NCBI GenBank assembly: GCA_910587715.1
Contig: CAJUMV010000001.1
Location: 102,729 to 166,728 of the forward strand
Direction: 5' to 3'
DNA length: 64,000 nt
Source of the DNA: an uncultured Lachnospiraceae bacterium
GTDB taxonomy: Bacteria; Bacillota; Clostridia; Lachnospirales; Lachnospiraceae
Shown: piece after piece, positions 17,413 through 26,338 of the stretch
How the letters are laid out: each line of letters starts with the position of its first letter
Position numbering within the stretch: position 1 is the first letter of the stretch
Program-made: the position numbers and the translations under genes
The notes under the pieces: model-generated
What the model was told of the DNA's origin: nothing
Seen by the model: only the letters and a program-made list of their open reading frames with translations
Database searches by the model: none

Positions 17413-18174
17413 ATGAATCAAGCTGCGGAAAGAAAATTAAAGCTCCCGAATGTGACGCTGGCGGCGATGACCAGTGTGAACGTGTATGAGACAATTCGTG
17501 CGCTGGAATACAGTATGCGGGGAATCGACTTTGGCGATGTGGTGCTGATTACCCACAGAAAACCGCTCTCCCTGCCAAAAAGCATTCGATTTTCCTATAC
17601 CTCAAAACTGGATGATATCGATAAATTTAATTATAAAATGGTGTACGAATTGGGAGAGCACATCAAAACGGAGTATGCGCTGATCGTACATGCGGACGGT
17701 TTCGTAGTGCATCCCGAGAGTTGGCAGGATGCGTTTCTGGATTATGATTATATCGGTTCCCCCTGGCCGCTGCCGCAGAATGATTACTCTTACCGGGACG
17801 CCAAGGGCGAGATTGTCCGGGTGGGAAACAGTGTGTCGATCCGCAGCAAACGGCTTATGGATTACCCCGCGCGGGCAGGGCTTAAGTGGGAAAAGATTGA
17901 GGAAGAGGATGAGTATAACGAGGATATTTTTCTCTGCTGCAAATACCGTAATGTGCTCGAGGACGCGGGGATGCGCTTTGCACCCATTGAGGTAGCGAAG
18001 TATTTCGGGCACGAGCACATGATTCCCGAGATCATGGATGTGGAGAAGCCTTTTCTTTTTCATAAGTGGCGCGGCAGAAACGCGCAGTACCCGCAGTTTA
18101 AGAATCCGTGGAAGGTCAGATGGCAGAGGTGTAAGGATTTGGTTAGACCATTCCTATTCTGGAGAAAAAAGTGA
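17413..18174 (+). CDS. DUF5672-like putative glycosyltransferase
   Basis: LIVHADGFVVHPESWQDAFLDYDYIGSPWP matches my recollection of the DUF5672 core (D-G-F...W...FL-x-YDYIGAPW). Confidence 0.55.
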   Translation: MNQAAERKLKLPNVTLAAMTSVNVYETIRALEYSMRGIDFGDVVLITHRKPLSLPKSIRFSYTSKLDDIDKFNYKMVYELGEHIKTEYALIVHADGFVVHPESWQDAFLDYDYIGSPWPLPQNDYSYRDAKGEIVRVGNSVSIRSKRLMDYPARAGLKWEKIEEEDEYNEDIFLCCKYRNVLEDAGMRFAPIEVAKYFGHEHMIPEIMDVEKPFLFHKWRGRNAQYPQFKNPWKVRWQRCKDLVRPFLFWRKK

Positions 18175-18236
18175 GAAGTGCTTCTAAAGACGTCCCGCCA
18201 TAGGACGGAGACGCCAAGAAGCACTAAGTCTCACTT
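18170..18236 (+). repeat. Intercistronic structured repeat, copy B
   Basis: Outer stem AGTGCTTC (18177-18184) pairs with GAAGCACT (18218-18225) and is extended by AGTGAGA/TCTCACT. The inner hairpin is GTC-CCG[CCATAGGA]CGG-a-GAC (18192-18212). The loop is identical to copy A and the stems differ by compensatory changes. Confidence 0.6.
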
Positions 18237-18255
18237 GGAAAGGAAAAAATAACAC

Positions 18256-19197
18256 ATGATATATGACTGCGTCCCTTTTTTTAATGAACTGGATATTTTG
18301 AAGCTCAGAATGCAGATTATGGCGCCTTATGTGGATTTTTTTGTGATTGAGGAGGCTTCGGTCACGTTTTCGGGGGAGCCGAAGCGGATGATTTTTGCGG
18401 AAAACAGGCAGCTTTTTGCGGAGTTTGAGGAGAAGATACGCTATGTGGCGGTGGAAAACTCGCCCATGGAGGGGGTTACCACCCATGAGCGGGATAAATT
18501 CCAGAAGAATCAGCTGATCCGGGGGCTTTTCGACTGTAAGCCGGAGGATATCATTATTTTCAGTGATGTGGACGAAATCCCGAATCCGGAGACGCTGGTA
18601 CGTCTGCTCGAAGGGTTTGAGTCCGGGAAAGTGTATCATCTGGCGCAGCGGATGTTTTACTGCTTTTTAAATATGGAAGAGATATCGGGAAATCTTTTGT
18701 CTATCACGGGGGAATTTCCAGGCGTGGCGAGAAGACAGTGGCTCGGCACGAAGGTTTGCAGCTTTTCGGAGCTGCCCAAGGAAGGCATTGTATATTTGCG
18801 GGAGGTGCCGCCGGAAGACAGGCGCAGCGTGCGCATTGCGGACGGGGGCTGGCATTTCGGCTATATGGGCGGCGACGGCGAGCGGGATGTGGCGAAGCGC
18901 ATCGGCGTGAAGGTGCAGGCGGCGGCACATTCGGAATACAATACCAAACGTTATTTAAATGAGGCGGTGGACAGGCTGCTCTGCGGCGAGGATATTTTCG
19001 ACAGAGACGCGAAGTTTGTGCGGGTGGAGATTGACGAGAGCTTTCCGGCGTATCTGCGGGAGCACAAGGAGGAGTACGATTTTCTGACTGCTCCCAAAAT
19101 CAGTCCGGCGGGAATTTTCTGTAAGAGGACGAAGCTGGCGGGAAAGCAGTTTTTGCGCAGGATACACGGCGCGGCGACGCGGATTTTGCACAGATAA
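18256..19197 (+). CDS. Glycosyltransferase family 17-like (bacterial beta-1,4-GlcNAc-transferase III homolog)
   Basis: N-terminal MIYDCVPFFNELDILKLRM...FFVIEEASVTFSGEPK and FSDVDEIP are characteristic of bacterial GT17 homologs. Confidence 0.7.
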   Translation: MIYDCVPFFNELDILKLRMQIMAPYVDFFVIEEASVTFSGEPKRMIFAENRQLFAEFEEKIRYVAVENSPMEGVTTHERDKFQKNQLIRGLFDCKPEDIIIFSDVDEIPNPETLVRLLEGFESGKVYHLAQRMFYCFLNMEEISGNLLSITGEFPGVARRQWLGTKVCSFSELPKEGIVYLREVPPEDRRSVRIADGGWHFGYMGGDGERDVAKRIGVKVQAAAHSEYNTKRYLNEAVDRLLCGEDIFDRDAKFVRVEIDESFPAYLREHKEEYDFLTAPKISPAGIFCKRTKLAGKQFLRRIHGAATRILHR

Positions 19198-19247
19198 AAC
19201 GGAAGCGCTGCGGCTTCAGCGTAAAACGCTTCGGAATGGAAGGAACT

Positions 19248-20495
19248 ATGATGAAGGATATTTACAGGCGGCTGCGGGAGGAGAGCCCGGTTCCCCGTCT
19301 TGTTTTCTATATCGGACTGACCATAGAGCTGCTGATGGTGATTATCGACAAGAGCAATTATATCAATCCCATCGAGGGGTATTTGTTCCGCCTGACCTTT
19401 CTTCTGTTTACCTGCAAGCTCCTGCTCACGCGCTATGAGTGGCGGGAGTGGGCGCTCATTTTTGCGATGGAGGCGGTGGGTTTTCTTTCCTATCGGGTGA
19501 CGGGTGCCAACGATATCATCCGCGTGGTGACTTTTGTAGCGGCATGTAAGGGCATACCGATGCGGGAAGCCCTGAAATATACTTTTTATGTGACATTGGC
19601 AGGGTGCCTTGCCATTGTAGCGCTTGCCGTGACGGGGATTTACGGAGATATCAGCCTGACACAGGCTTTCGGGCATGAGTCTTTGGAAGATACTATCTAT
19701 ATCGGAGAGCAGGCGGCGGCGGAAACCCGCTATACGCTCGGGATGGGGCATCCGAACGCACTTTCCTGCATGTTTTTCATGCTGACTGCGCTCGGCGTTT
19801 ATGTCTGGTTTGAGCGGATGAAATGGTACAGCTATCTGTTTTTGATGCTGTTAAATGTGGGGCTTTATCTGCTGAGCCGCTCCAAGACCAGCATGTTGAT
19901 TACGGCGGCATATCTTTGCGGCGCCTGTTTCCTGACGTTTGCCAAGCGGCTGCGGAAGAAGACGGTTCTGTATGTCTGCGGTCTGCTTGTTTTTGTCCTG
20001 TGCATCGCGTTTTCCGTGGATGCGGCGGTCTGTGCCCAGCGGGTGAGGGAAGCGCAGTGGAACGAGTTTTTCTATTGCAATCCCCGGGATAATAAGCATA
20101 TCGTGCTGTTAGGGAAGATTGACCGCCATATCAGCGGCAGAATCGTTTCCCTGGCGGACTCTGACAACAATGACGGCATGATTCAGACATGGTCGGCTTT
20201 TTCCTGTGAAAATAATATGAATTACTATTTTGATATGGGCTGGGTCAAGGTTTTCTACCGCTACGGCGTGATTCCGGGGATTTTGTATGTGGCGGCGAAC
20301 CTGCTTCTGCTGTGGCGGCTTTGGCGAAGGCGCGATGCGGGCGGACTGATCCTGTTTGTCATGTTTGCGGTATACACGGTGGTGGAAGCGCATCTGATTT
20401 CCGTCTATATCGGCAGGAATTATCTGCTGCTGATGATGGGGTGTGAAGCGGCGGCGCAGAAAGCACAGGGAGATTCGACCTTATTTGCCAAATAA
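19248..20495 (+). CDS. wzy: O-antigen polymerase/ligase-like membrane protein (Wzy-like 1)
   Basis: About 10 or more TM helices. The loop motif GMGHPNALSCMFF resembles the Wzy_C/O-antigen ligase family. I prefer a start at 19248, after the GGAAGG RBS. The track start is 19236. Confidence 0.55.
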   Translation: MMKDIYRRLREESPVPRLVFYIGLTIELLMVIIDKSNYINPIEGYLFRLTFLLFTCKLLLTRYEWREWALIFAMEAVGFLSYRVTGANDIIRVVTFVAACKGIPMREALKYTFYVTLAGCLAIVALAVTGIYGDISLTQAFGHESLEDTIYIGEQAAAETRYTLGMGHPNALSCMFFMLTALGVYVWFERMKWYSYLFLMLLNVGLYLLSRSKTSMLITAAYLCGACFLTFAKRLRKKTVLYVCGLLVFVLCIAFSVDAAVCAQRVREAQWNEFFYCNPRDNKHIVLLGKIDRHISGRIVSLADSDNNDGMIQTWSAFSCENNMNYYFDMGWVKVFYRYGVIPGILYVAANLLLLWRLWRRRDAGGLILFVMFAVYTVVEAHLISVYIGRNYLLLMMGCEAAAQKAQGDSTLFAK

Positions 20496-20759
20496 ATCCG
20501 CGTGACTGCCGGTTGCTGTAGCGGAAAGTAATAGTGTATCTTCGTAGATTTGATATAGGAGCAGCCAGTCAGGTTCTATATGGCATTCTCTAAAATCTTG
20601 CAGATTGCCAACCAATGAATGATCTTTGTATTGGACAGGCAGAGGATTACCGCTGGCAAGCAGGGCAAGTACGTCGATAAGCTTATTCATGTCTTTACCG
20701 CGTTTTTTCATTAGCTTTGCATCCTTTTTCATACGATTGGTGTATTCAATCTTGTACAT
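20481..20759 (-). CDS. yafQ: Type II toxin, YafQ/RelE-family mRNA interferase
   Basis: 92 aa. KDAKLMKKRGKD...PLPVQYKDHSLVGNLQDFRECHIEPDWLLLYQI is the YafQ-type pattern. The gene lies 3 nt downstream of the antitoxin gene. Confidence 0.85.
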   Translation of the reverse strand: MYKIEYTNRMKKDAKLMKKRGKDMNKLIDVLALLASGNPLPVQYKDHSLVGNLQDFRECHIEPDWLLLYQIYEDTLLLSATATGSHADLFGK

Positions 20760-20762
20760 AGG

Positions 20763-21026
20763 CTAATCCTCCAACATAGAAGCTACGGCTTCTTCTGCAC
20801 TATTGAAGGGACCATGAAGATTATGACGGAATCTGCTGTCATAAACGGCTTCCTGAAGAGCAGCGGGAACGGGTTTATGCTGCACTGTAAAAGGAATGCC
20901 AGAATTTTCGATAGCAGCATTTAAAAAAATGCGTATTGCTGTCGAAGTATCCAATCCGAGACTTGAAAATAGGGTGTCTGCTTGTTTTTTTAATGTGTCA
21001 TCTATACGAATTTGTAATGTTGCCAT
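20763..21026 (-). CDS. dinJ: Type II antitoxin, DinJ/RelB family
   Basis: 87 aa. MATLQIRIDDTLKKQADTLFSSLGLDTSTAIRIFLNAAI is the ribbon-helix-helix DinJ/RelB N-terminus. A GGAGGTG RBS is present. Confidence 0.85.
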   Translation of the reverse strand: MATLQIRIDDTLKKQADTLFSSLGLDTSTAIRIFLNAAIENSGIPFTVQHKPVPAALQEAVYDSRFRHNLHGPFNSAEEAVASMLED

Positions 21027-21148
21027 ATTGCACCTCCATTGCTTTTGTATTAATATTGTACCATAATTGGATATATGATAATAGTTTTTTAAACAAATTA
21101 TTAGTTTTTTGAAATATTATGGTAAAATAGATACCGAGAGGTACTTTT
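21027..21148. promoter_or_regulatory. AT-rich divergent promoter region (dinJ-yafQ leftward, priming transferase rightward)
   Basis: The + strand carries an extended -10 TGgTAAAAT (21120-21128). The - strand carries an extended -10 TGGTACAAT (complement of 21055-21063), about 22 nt upstream of the dinJ RBS/ATG. Confidence 0.35.
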
Positions 21149-22561
21149 ATGAATCGTAGAATGAAACTGATCGAGAGCTACCTGCTGCTCCTCACAGACT
21201 TGTGCAGTATCGCTTTTGCCTATATCATCGCTCTTCTGATACGATACCGGAAGTTTTCCCGCGTTATGGAACCGGAGCTTCACTTCGTGGTATGTATCGG
21301 TTTTTTGCTGTTCTGCACGATTTACAGCTTCTTGTTTGACTGGAACAGGGAGTTTATCAAAAGAGGCGTGCTTGTCGAGTTTATAGCGGTTACCAAGTTC
21401 AATGTCTTTATGGAGCTGTCCGTAATGGCTTTCCTTTTTATGATGCAAAGGGGCGCGGATGTCTCCCGTCTGGTGATGGGTTATTTTGCCATTCTGAATA
21501 TCTTTATCGTATGGCTTGTGAGACTCGCCATGAAAAAGGCGCTGCGGGTCTGGTTCACCGCCAAGTCCAATATTGTCAAAATCATGATCATCACGAAGGA
21601 TGCGGCGATGGAGAAAACGTTGTCTAAGCTGAAGGATGCCATGGATATCAACTATGAGATCGTGGCGCTTGCCTGTGTGGACAAGGACAGGAAGGGCGAG
21701 ACGGTGGAGGGCGTCGAGGTCAACGCAAATCGGGAAAACGTGCTCTCCATGGCAAGGCAGATGCCGCTGGACGAGGTGTTTATCAGCCTGCCGGATGAAG
21801 ATATGGCATATGTAAAGCATATCATTTATGATTTGGAGTCCATGGGCGTGGCATGTCATTACAATATTGATATCATAGAAAGACCCAGCAAGGAAGTGCG
21901 GGTGGGAAGTTTCGCCGGGTTTACGGTGGTGACCTACTCCATCAACCATTTTGACTACAGGCGTATGGTAGTGAAGCGGCTGATTGATATTGCAGGCGGT
22001 CTGGTGGGATGTTTAATAACGATTGTTATCACTCCTTTTGTGGCGCTTGCCATCAAGCTGGATTCGCCGGGACCGGTACTCTTTGCGCAGACGAGAATCG
22101 GGAAAAACGGGCGCCGCTTTAAGATTTATAAGTTCCGCTCCATGTATACGGATGCGGAGGTGAGAAAGAAAGAGCTGGAAGCCCAGAACGAGATGCAGGG
22201 GCTTATGTTTAAGATGGAAAATGATCCGCGGATTACGAAGGTGGGGAAATTTATCAGAAAGACGAGCATCGACGAGCTGCCGCAGTTTTTTAATATTGTG
22301 AAGGGCGATATGAGTCTGGTGGGTACCAGACCGCCGACAGAGGGCGAGTTCGAACAGTATAATTCTCACTACAGGCGCAGGATTAGCATGACGCCGGGGC
22401 TCACGGGGCTTTGGCAGATCAGCGGCAGAAGTGAGATTGTGGATTTTGATGAGGTTGTGAAGCTGGATTTAGAGTATATCGACAACTGGACGCTGGGGCT
22501 GGATATCAAAATCCTGTTCCAGACGGTGTGGGTGGTGTTGACGGGCAGAGGGTCCAAATAG
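21149..22561 (+). CDS. Polyprenyl-phosphate hexose-1-phosphate transferase, large WbaP/CpsE type (priming enzyme)
   Basis: N-terminal TM bundle plus the C-terminal Bac_transf motifs KRLIDIAGGLVG, PGPVLFAQTRIGKNGRRFKIYKFRSM and DELPQFFNIVKGDMSLVGTRPP. Confidence 0.9.
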   Translation: MNRRMKLIESYLLLLTDLCSIAFAYIIALLIRYRKFSRVMEPELHFVVCIGFLLFCTIYSFLFDWNREFIKRGVLVEFIAVTKFNVFMELSVMAFLFMMQRGADVSRLVMGYFAILNIFIVWLVRLAMKKALRVWFTAKSNIVKIMIITKDAAMEKTLSKLKDAMDINYEIVALACVDKDRKGETVEGVEVNANRENVLSMARQMPLDEVFISLPDEDMAYVKHIIYDLESMGVACHYNIDIIERPSKEVRVGSFAGFTVVTYSINHFDYRRMVVKRLIDIAGGLVGCLITIVITPFVALAIKLDSPGPVLFAQTRIGKNGRRFKIYKFRSMYTDAEVRKKELEAQNEMQGLMFKMENDPRITKVGKFIRKTSIDELPQFFNIVKGDMSLVGTRPPTEGEFEQYNSHYRRRISMTPGLTGLWQISGRSEIVDFDEVVKLDLEYIDNWTLGLDIKILFQTVWVVLTGRGSK

Positions 22562-22624
22562 GGGACGACGCCCGGGACGATGAGTGAGAAATGACAGATG
22601 TGTCATGCATGAGGAGGAAAGAGC

Positions 22625-23683
22625 TTGCACGTATGTATGATTGTGCCAAATAAGGCGGTGAGGGGCGGGATCGCCTCTGTGGTGAACGGCTATCAGGGAA
22701 GTGAGCTAGAGGAACGCTGCCGCGTCACCTATATCGAATCCTATCAGGATGGCAGCAGGTGGGACAAGCTGCGAAAAGCCCTTAAGGGATATGTGGCTTT
22801 TTGCAGGCTGCTTCGGAAAGACCGTCCGGATTTGGTGCATATCCATTCGTCCTTTGGACCGAGCTTTTACCGGAAAATACCGTTTATCTATTTGAGCCGG
22901 TTCGCAAGAATTCCGGTTGTGAATCATATTCACGGAGCGGAGTTTGACACTTTTTATGAAAATGCTTCCACCTCCAAAAAGAGGAGGGTGCGCAGCGTTT
23001 ATCAAAAATGTACACGGTTCATTGTGTTGTCAAAGGAATGGAGAAAAAAAATAGCGCAGATTGTTCCGGCGGACAGAATCGATGTGATAGAGAATTATTG
23101 TGATTTGCCAAAGGAACGAAATCACGCCAAACGGAGGCAGAATCAGATATTGTTTCTCGGTGCGCTGGAAGAGAGAAAAGGATGTTATGACATACCCGTC
23201 ATTTTTGAAAGCGTGAAGCAGAAATGCCCGGATGCGCGGCTTGTTATGGCGGGGGACGGGCAGATGCAGCAGATAAAAGCGGCGTTTGCCGAAAAAAATC
23301 TCCTGTCTGACGTAAGGTTTACGGGGTGGGTGCGCGGACGGAAGAAGGAGACGCTGTTGGAGCAGAGTGCGGTCTTTCTTTTTCCGAGCTACAATGAAGG
23401 GATGCCAGTGGCGGTTTTGGAGGCTATGGGTTACGGTTTGGGCATTGTTACGACAACGGTAGGCGGCATCCCGCAATTAATCGCGCATGGAAAGAGCGGG
23501 TTTCTGGAAGCGCCCGGTGAGCTGACCGCTATGGCGGAAGATGTCAGCAGCCTTTTGCAGGATGAAGCGTTATGCCGCAATATGGGAGAGCTGGCAAGGG
23601 AAACGGTAGAGCAAAAATACAGTTTAAGGATTCATCTGCAGAAATTGGAAGAGACTTACAGAAAGGCATATTTTACGAAATGA
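22625..23683 (+). CDS. Glycosyltransferase family 4
   Basis: FPSYNEGMPVAVLEAMGYGLGIVTTTVGGIPQLIAHGKSGFL is the GT4 E-x7-E region. AGGAGGAAA lies upstream of TTG 22625, and an alternative ATG lies at 22637. Confidence 0.8.
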   Translation: MHVCMIVPNKAVRGGIASVVNGYQGSELEERCRVTYIESYQDGSRWDKLRKALKGYVAFCRLLRKDRPDLVHIHSSFGPSFYRKIPFIYLSRFARIPVVNHIHGAEFDTFYENASTSKKRRVRSVYQKCTRFIVLSKEWRKKIAQIVPADRIDVIENYCDLPKERNHAKRRQNQILFLGALEERKGCYDIPVIFESVKQKCPDARLVMAGDGQMQQIKAAFAEKNLLSDVRFTGWVRGRKKETLLEQSAVFLFPSYNEGMPVAVLEAMGYGLGIVTTTVGGIPQLIAHGKSGFLEAPGELTAMAEDVSSLLQDEALCRNMGELARETVEQKYSLRIHLQKLEETYRKAYFTK

Positions 23684-24225
23684 ATGTAAAGTTGAAGGCT
23701 GCGAAAAGTTTGTTTAAAATAGCGTATTGGAAGTGCCGTTACGGTTCCCGGCTCAAAATGCCGTGGATACAGGGATTTGACCAGGTCTATCTGGAATTGT
23801 CCAGGCACGGGCAGATGTGTTTCGGGGAGAGAAATGAGAACCGGGGCAAAATGCATTTTATCTGCGCGGGCGATGGTAGATTGGAGATAGGAAATCATGT
23901 GATTTATGCGATAGGCGGCTGCATTACATGCATGGGGCATATCAAAATAGGTGATTACTGCAGATTTGGCAATAATGTAGTCATTGTGGACCATGACCAT
24001 AATTTTAAGGGGCAGGGGGAGGAGTTCCTGATCGGGGAAATTACAATCGGCGACCGAGTCTGGATTGGCGCAAACTGCACTATCTTAAGGGGGGTGCATA
24101 TCGGGGACGACTGCGTGATTGCGGCGGGAAGTGTGATTAGAAAAGATGTGCCGCCCCATACCATTTGTTATCAGAAAAGAGAAACGGTGTATGCCCCGAT
24201 TTCATCAGAGAAAAAGGGAGTTTGA
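23680..24225 (+). CDS. Hexapeptide-repeat (LbH) sugar O-acetyltransferase
   Basis: IGDRVWIGANCTILRGVHIGDDCVIAAGSVI is a left-handed beta-helix repeat. I set the start at ATG 23680, which overlaps the upstream stop as ATGA. The track ORF extends upstream in the same frame. Confidence 0.8.
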   Translation: MNVKLKAAKSLFKIAYWKCRYGSRLKMPWIQGFDQVYLELSRHGQMCFGERNENRGKMHFICAGDGRLEIGNHVIYAIGGCITCMGHIKIGDYCRFGNNVVIVDHDHNFKGQGEEFLIGEITIGDRVWIGANCTILRGVHIGDDCVIAAGSVIRKDVPPHTICYQKRETVYAPISSEKKGV

Positions 24226-24231
24226 CGAAAA

Positions 24232-25251
24232 GTGGAACAGATCAGCGTGATTGTCCCGGTGCACAACGGGGCGTCTTATCTGGAAGCGTGCATTGACAGC
24301 ATTCTAGCGCAGGATTACGAAGCGCTGGAAGTGCTTATCATCAACGACGGCTCTACGGACGATACGGCGGCGCTCTGCGAGCGGCTGTGCGGGCAGTATG
24401 CCTGTCTGCGGGTGATTACGCTGCCGGATTTGGGCGTTTCGTCAGCGCGTAACCGCGGGCTGGAGCAGGCGAAGGGCGCATATATTATGTTTGTGGACGC
24501 CGACGACAGGCTGCGCCCGGGAGTGCTTAAGAGTCTGCACGGGCTGTTATGCCGGACGGACAGTGATATGGCAGGCTGCTGCTTTGCTGTATGGGGAACG
24601 CCGGAAGGATGGGAAAAGCTGCGTACAGGGAAAACAATGCCGGAAGAGCTGACAGGCGAACAGGCAGGGAAAATATATAATAGTGACTGCTACTTAAAAG
24701 AGAACATACTGCGGGGGAATACGCGCTGCTGGAGTAAGCTCTACAGGCGGGAGCTTATCGGACAGGTACGGTTTCGAGAGGGACTGACCATCGGTGAAGA
24801 TATGCTGTTTCTTGTGGAGCTTTTGCCGCGTATGCGGCAGGCGGTGGAGACGTCTTATCCCGGTTACGGATATTATCAGAATCCAAAAGGGGCGATGCAC
24901 AGACCTTTTACTCCGTCTTATATGGATCAGATTTACTGCTGGGAGATGGCGCGTGAGCTGATTGTGAAGCGGGATTCCACGCTGTCGGTGCAGGCAGACG
25001 CCCAGATTATGGTGGCGGTCATGCTGACGGCGGGAAAGATTGCCCTGCTGTCCGGGAAGGAGCGCAGGCGGGCAAAAGAGTATGTGCGGGTGTGCCACAG
25101 GAAAATGAAGGATATGGCCGATAAAGGGGCGTGTTACCCCTATCTGCCGGCGGGTTATGGCGTGAAGGTGCGGTTGTTTGAGCGTCTGCCGTGGCTTTAT
25201 GTATGGCTGTACGGATGCCGTAAATTCTTTCAGAATGGAGAAAGCAAATGA
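24232..25251 (+). CDS. Glycosyltransferase family 2
   Basis: ISVIVPVHNGASYLEACIDSILAQDYEALEVLIINDGSTDDT and FVDADD motifs, with a GTG start. Confidence 0.8.
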   Translation: MEQISVIVPVHNGASYLEACIDSILAQDYEALEVLIINDGSTDDTAALCERLCGQYACLRVITLPDLGVSSARNRGLEQAKGAYIMFVDADDRLRPGVLKSLHGLLCRTDSDMAGCCFAVWGTPEGWEKLRTGKTMPEELTGEQAGKIYNSDCYLKENILRGNTRCWSKLYRRELIGQVRFREGLTIGEDMLFLVELLPRMRQAVETSYPGYGYYQNPKGAMHRPFTPSYMDQIYCWEMARELIVKRDSTLSVQADAQIMVAVMLTAGKIALLSGKERRRAKEYVRVCHRKMKDMADKGACYPYLPAGYGVKVRLFERLPWLYVWLYGCRKFFQNGESK

Positions 25252-26270
25252 AGAGGACAAATCCGTTAATCAGTATCATTGTGCCTGTATACAACAAAGA
25301 GGCGTACTTGCGGGAATGTGTGGACAGTGTTCTGGAGCAGACTTATCGGCGCATCGAGGTAATTCTGGTGGACGACGAGTCCACGGACAAGAGCGGCGCG
25401 GTCTGCGACGAATTTGGGCGGGCGGATGTGAGGGTGCGCGTCATCCATCAGAAGAACGGCGGTCCCACCGCGGCGTGTGTGACGGGCATGAAGGCGGCGT
25501 CCGGCGGGTATTATATGTTTGTGGACAGCGACGACTATCTGGAGCCGGAGATGCTTGCGCAGATGGTCGAGCGTCTGGCGGGCGTGCCCGGAGAGCTTGT
25601 CTGCTGCAATCATGTGGTGGAGAAGCAGCGGGGGACGGAGAAGATGAAGAGCGCAGCGGAGCCCGGCATTTACGAGGGAGACAGGCTGCGGGAACAGATT
25701 AAGGCAAAGCTGATTGGGGAGGAGAAAAAGGTCGTTCCCCTCTCAAGGTGCATGAAGCTGTGCGAAAAATCCCTGTTTGAAGGGAATGAAACATATTATG
25801 ACTACAGTCTCCGCTTTGGGGATGACACGAACCTGATGTATCCCGCTCTGCTTGCAAGCCGCCGGGTCGTCATCATGAAGGGCGCTTATTACTATCATTA
25901 CCGCTATGTGGAAGGTTCTTTGGTGCATGGCTACGACGAGGGGCTTTTTGTGGGTGTGGAGCGGCTGATGGAGGCGGTGAAGCGGACGGCGGAGGAGAAA
26001 AAGGCGCCGGATGCCGAGGGTGCCGCTGCACGGGAACACTGCTACATGCTTATGTATGTGATGAAAAACGAACTGCGAAGCCCCGGAAAGGGTTACAGGA
26101 AGCGGATTCAGTCGATTTTCGGGGATGAGCAAATCAGGGCGATGCTGCAGAACACACCGATTACGGTGACGGAGCGCGCGAACCAGCTTCTGTATCTGGG
26201 CATGATGTATCCCGGCGGTGTGCTGCTGCGGGTGCTGCGGCTCGTCCTTCGCATCTATGACCGGAAGTAA
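25248..26270 (+). CDS. Glycosyltransferase family 2
   Basis: ISIIVPVYNKEAYLRECVDSVLEQTYRRIEVILVDDESTDKS and FVDSDD motifs. The start overlaps the upstream stop by 4 nt. Confidence 0.8.
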   Translation: MKRTNPLISIIVPVYNKEAYLRECVDSVLEQTYRRIEVILVDDESTDKSGAVCDEFGRADVRVRVIHQKNGGPTAACVTGMKAASGGYYMFVDSDDYLEPEMLAQMVERLAGVPGELVCCNHVVEKQRGTEKMKSAAEPGIYEGDRLREQIKAKLIGEEKKVVPLSRCMKLCEKSLFEGNETYYDYSLRFGDDTNLMYPALLASRRVVIMKGAYYYHYRYVEGSLVHGYDEGLFVGVERLMEAVKRTAEEKKAPDAEGAAAREHCYMLMYVMKNELRSPGKGYRKRIQSIFGDEQIRAMLQNTPITVTERANQLLYLGMMYPGGVLLRVLRLVLRIYDRK

Positions 26271-26338
26271 GCCGGCAGGGGATGCGATACGGCAGCGCGT
26301 TTTACGGGGAAATCACAGGGAAGCGGGATGGAGACGGC

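Noticed and set aside
17349-17489. A 46-codon Cys-rich ORF (MFRVRECPKNRHSLSWLRGKCDESSCGKKIKAPECDAGGDDQCERV). I considered it as a possible radical-SAM peptide substrate.
   Set aside because: It starts inside the structured repeat and has no RBS. It overlaps the DUF5672 gene start in another frame and lies 20 kb from the radical SAM gene. It is most likely fortuitous.
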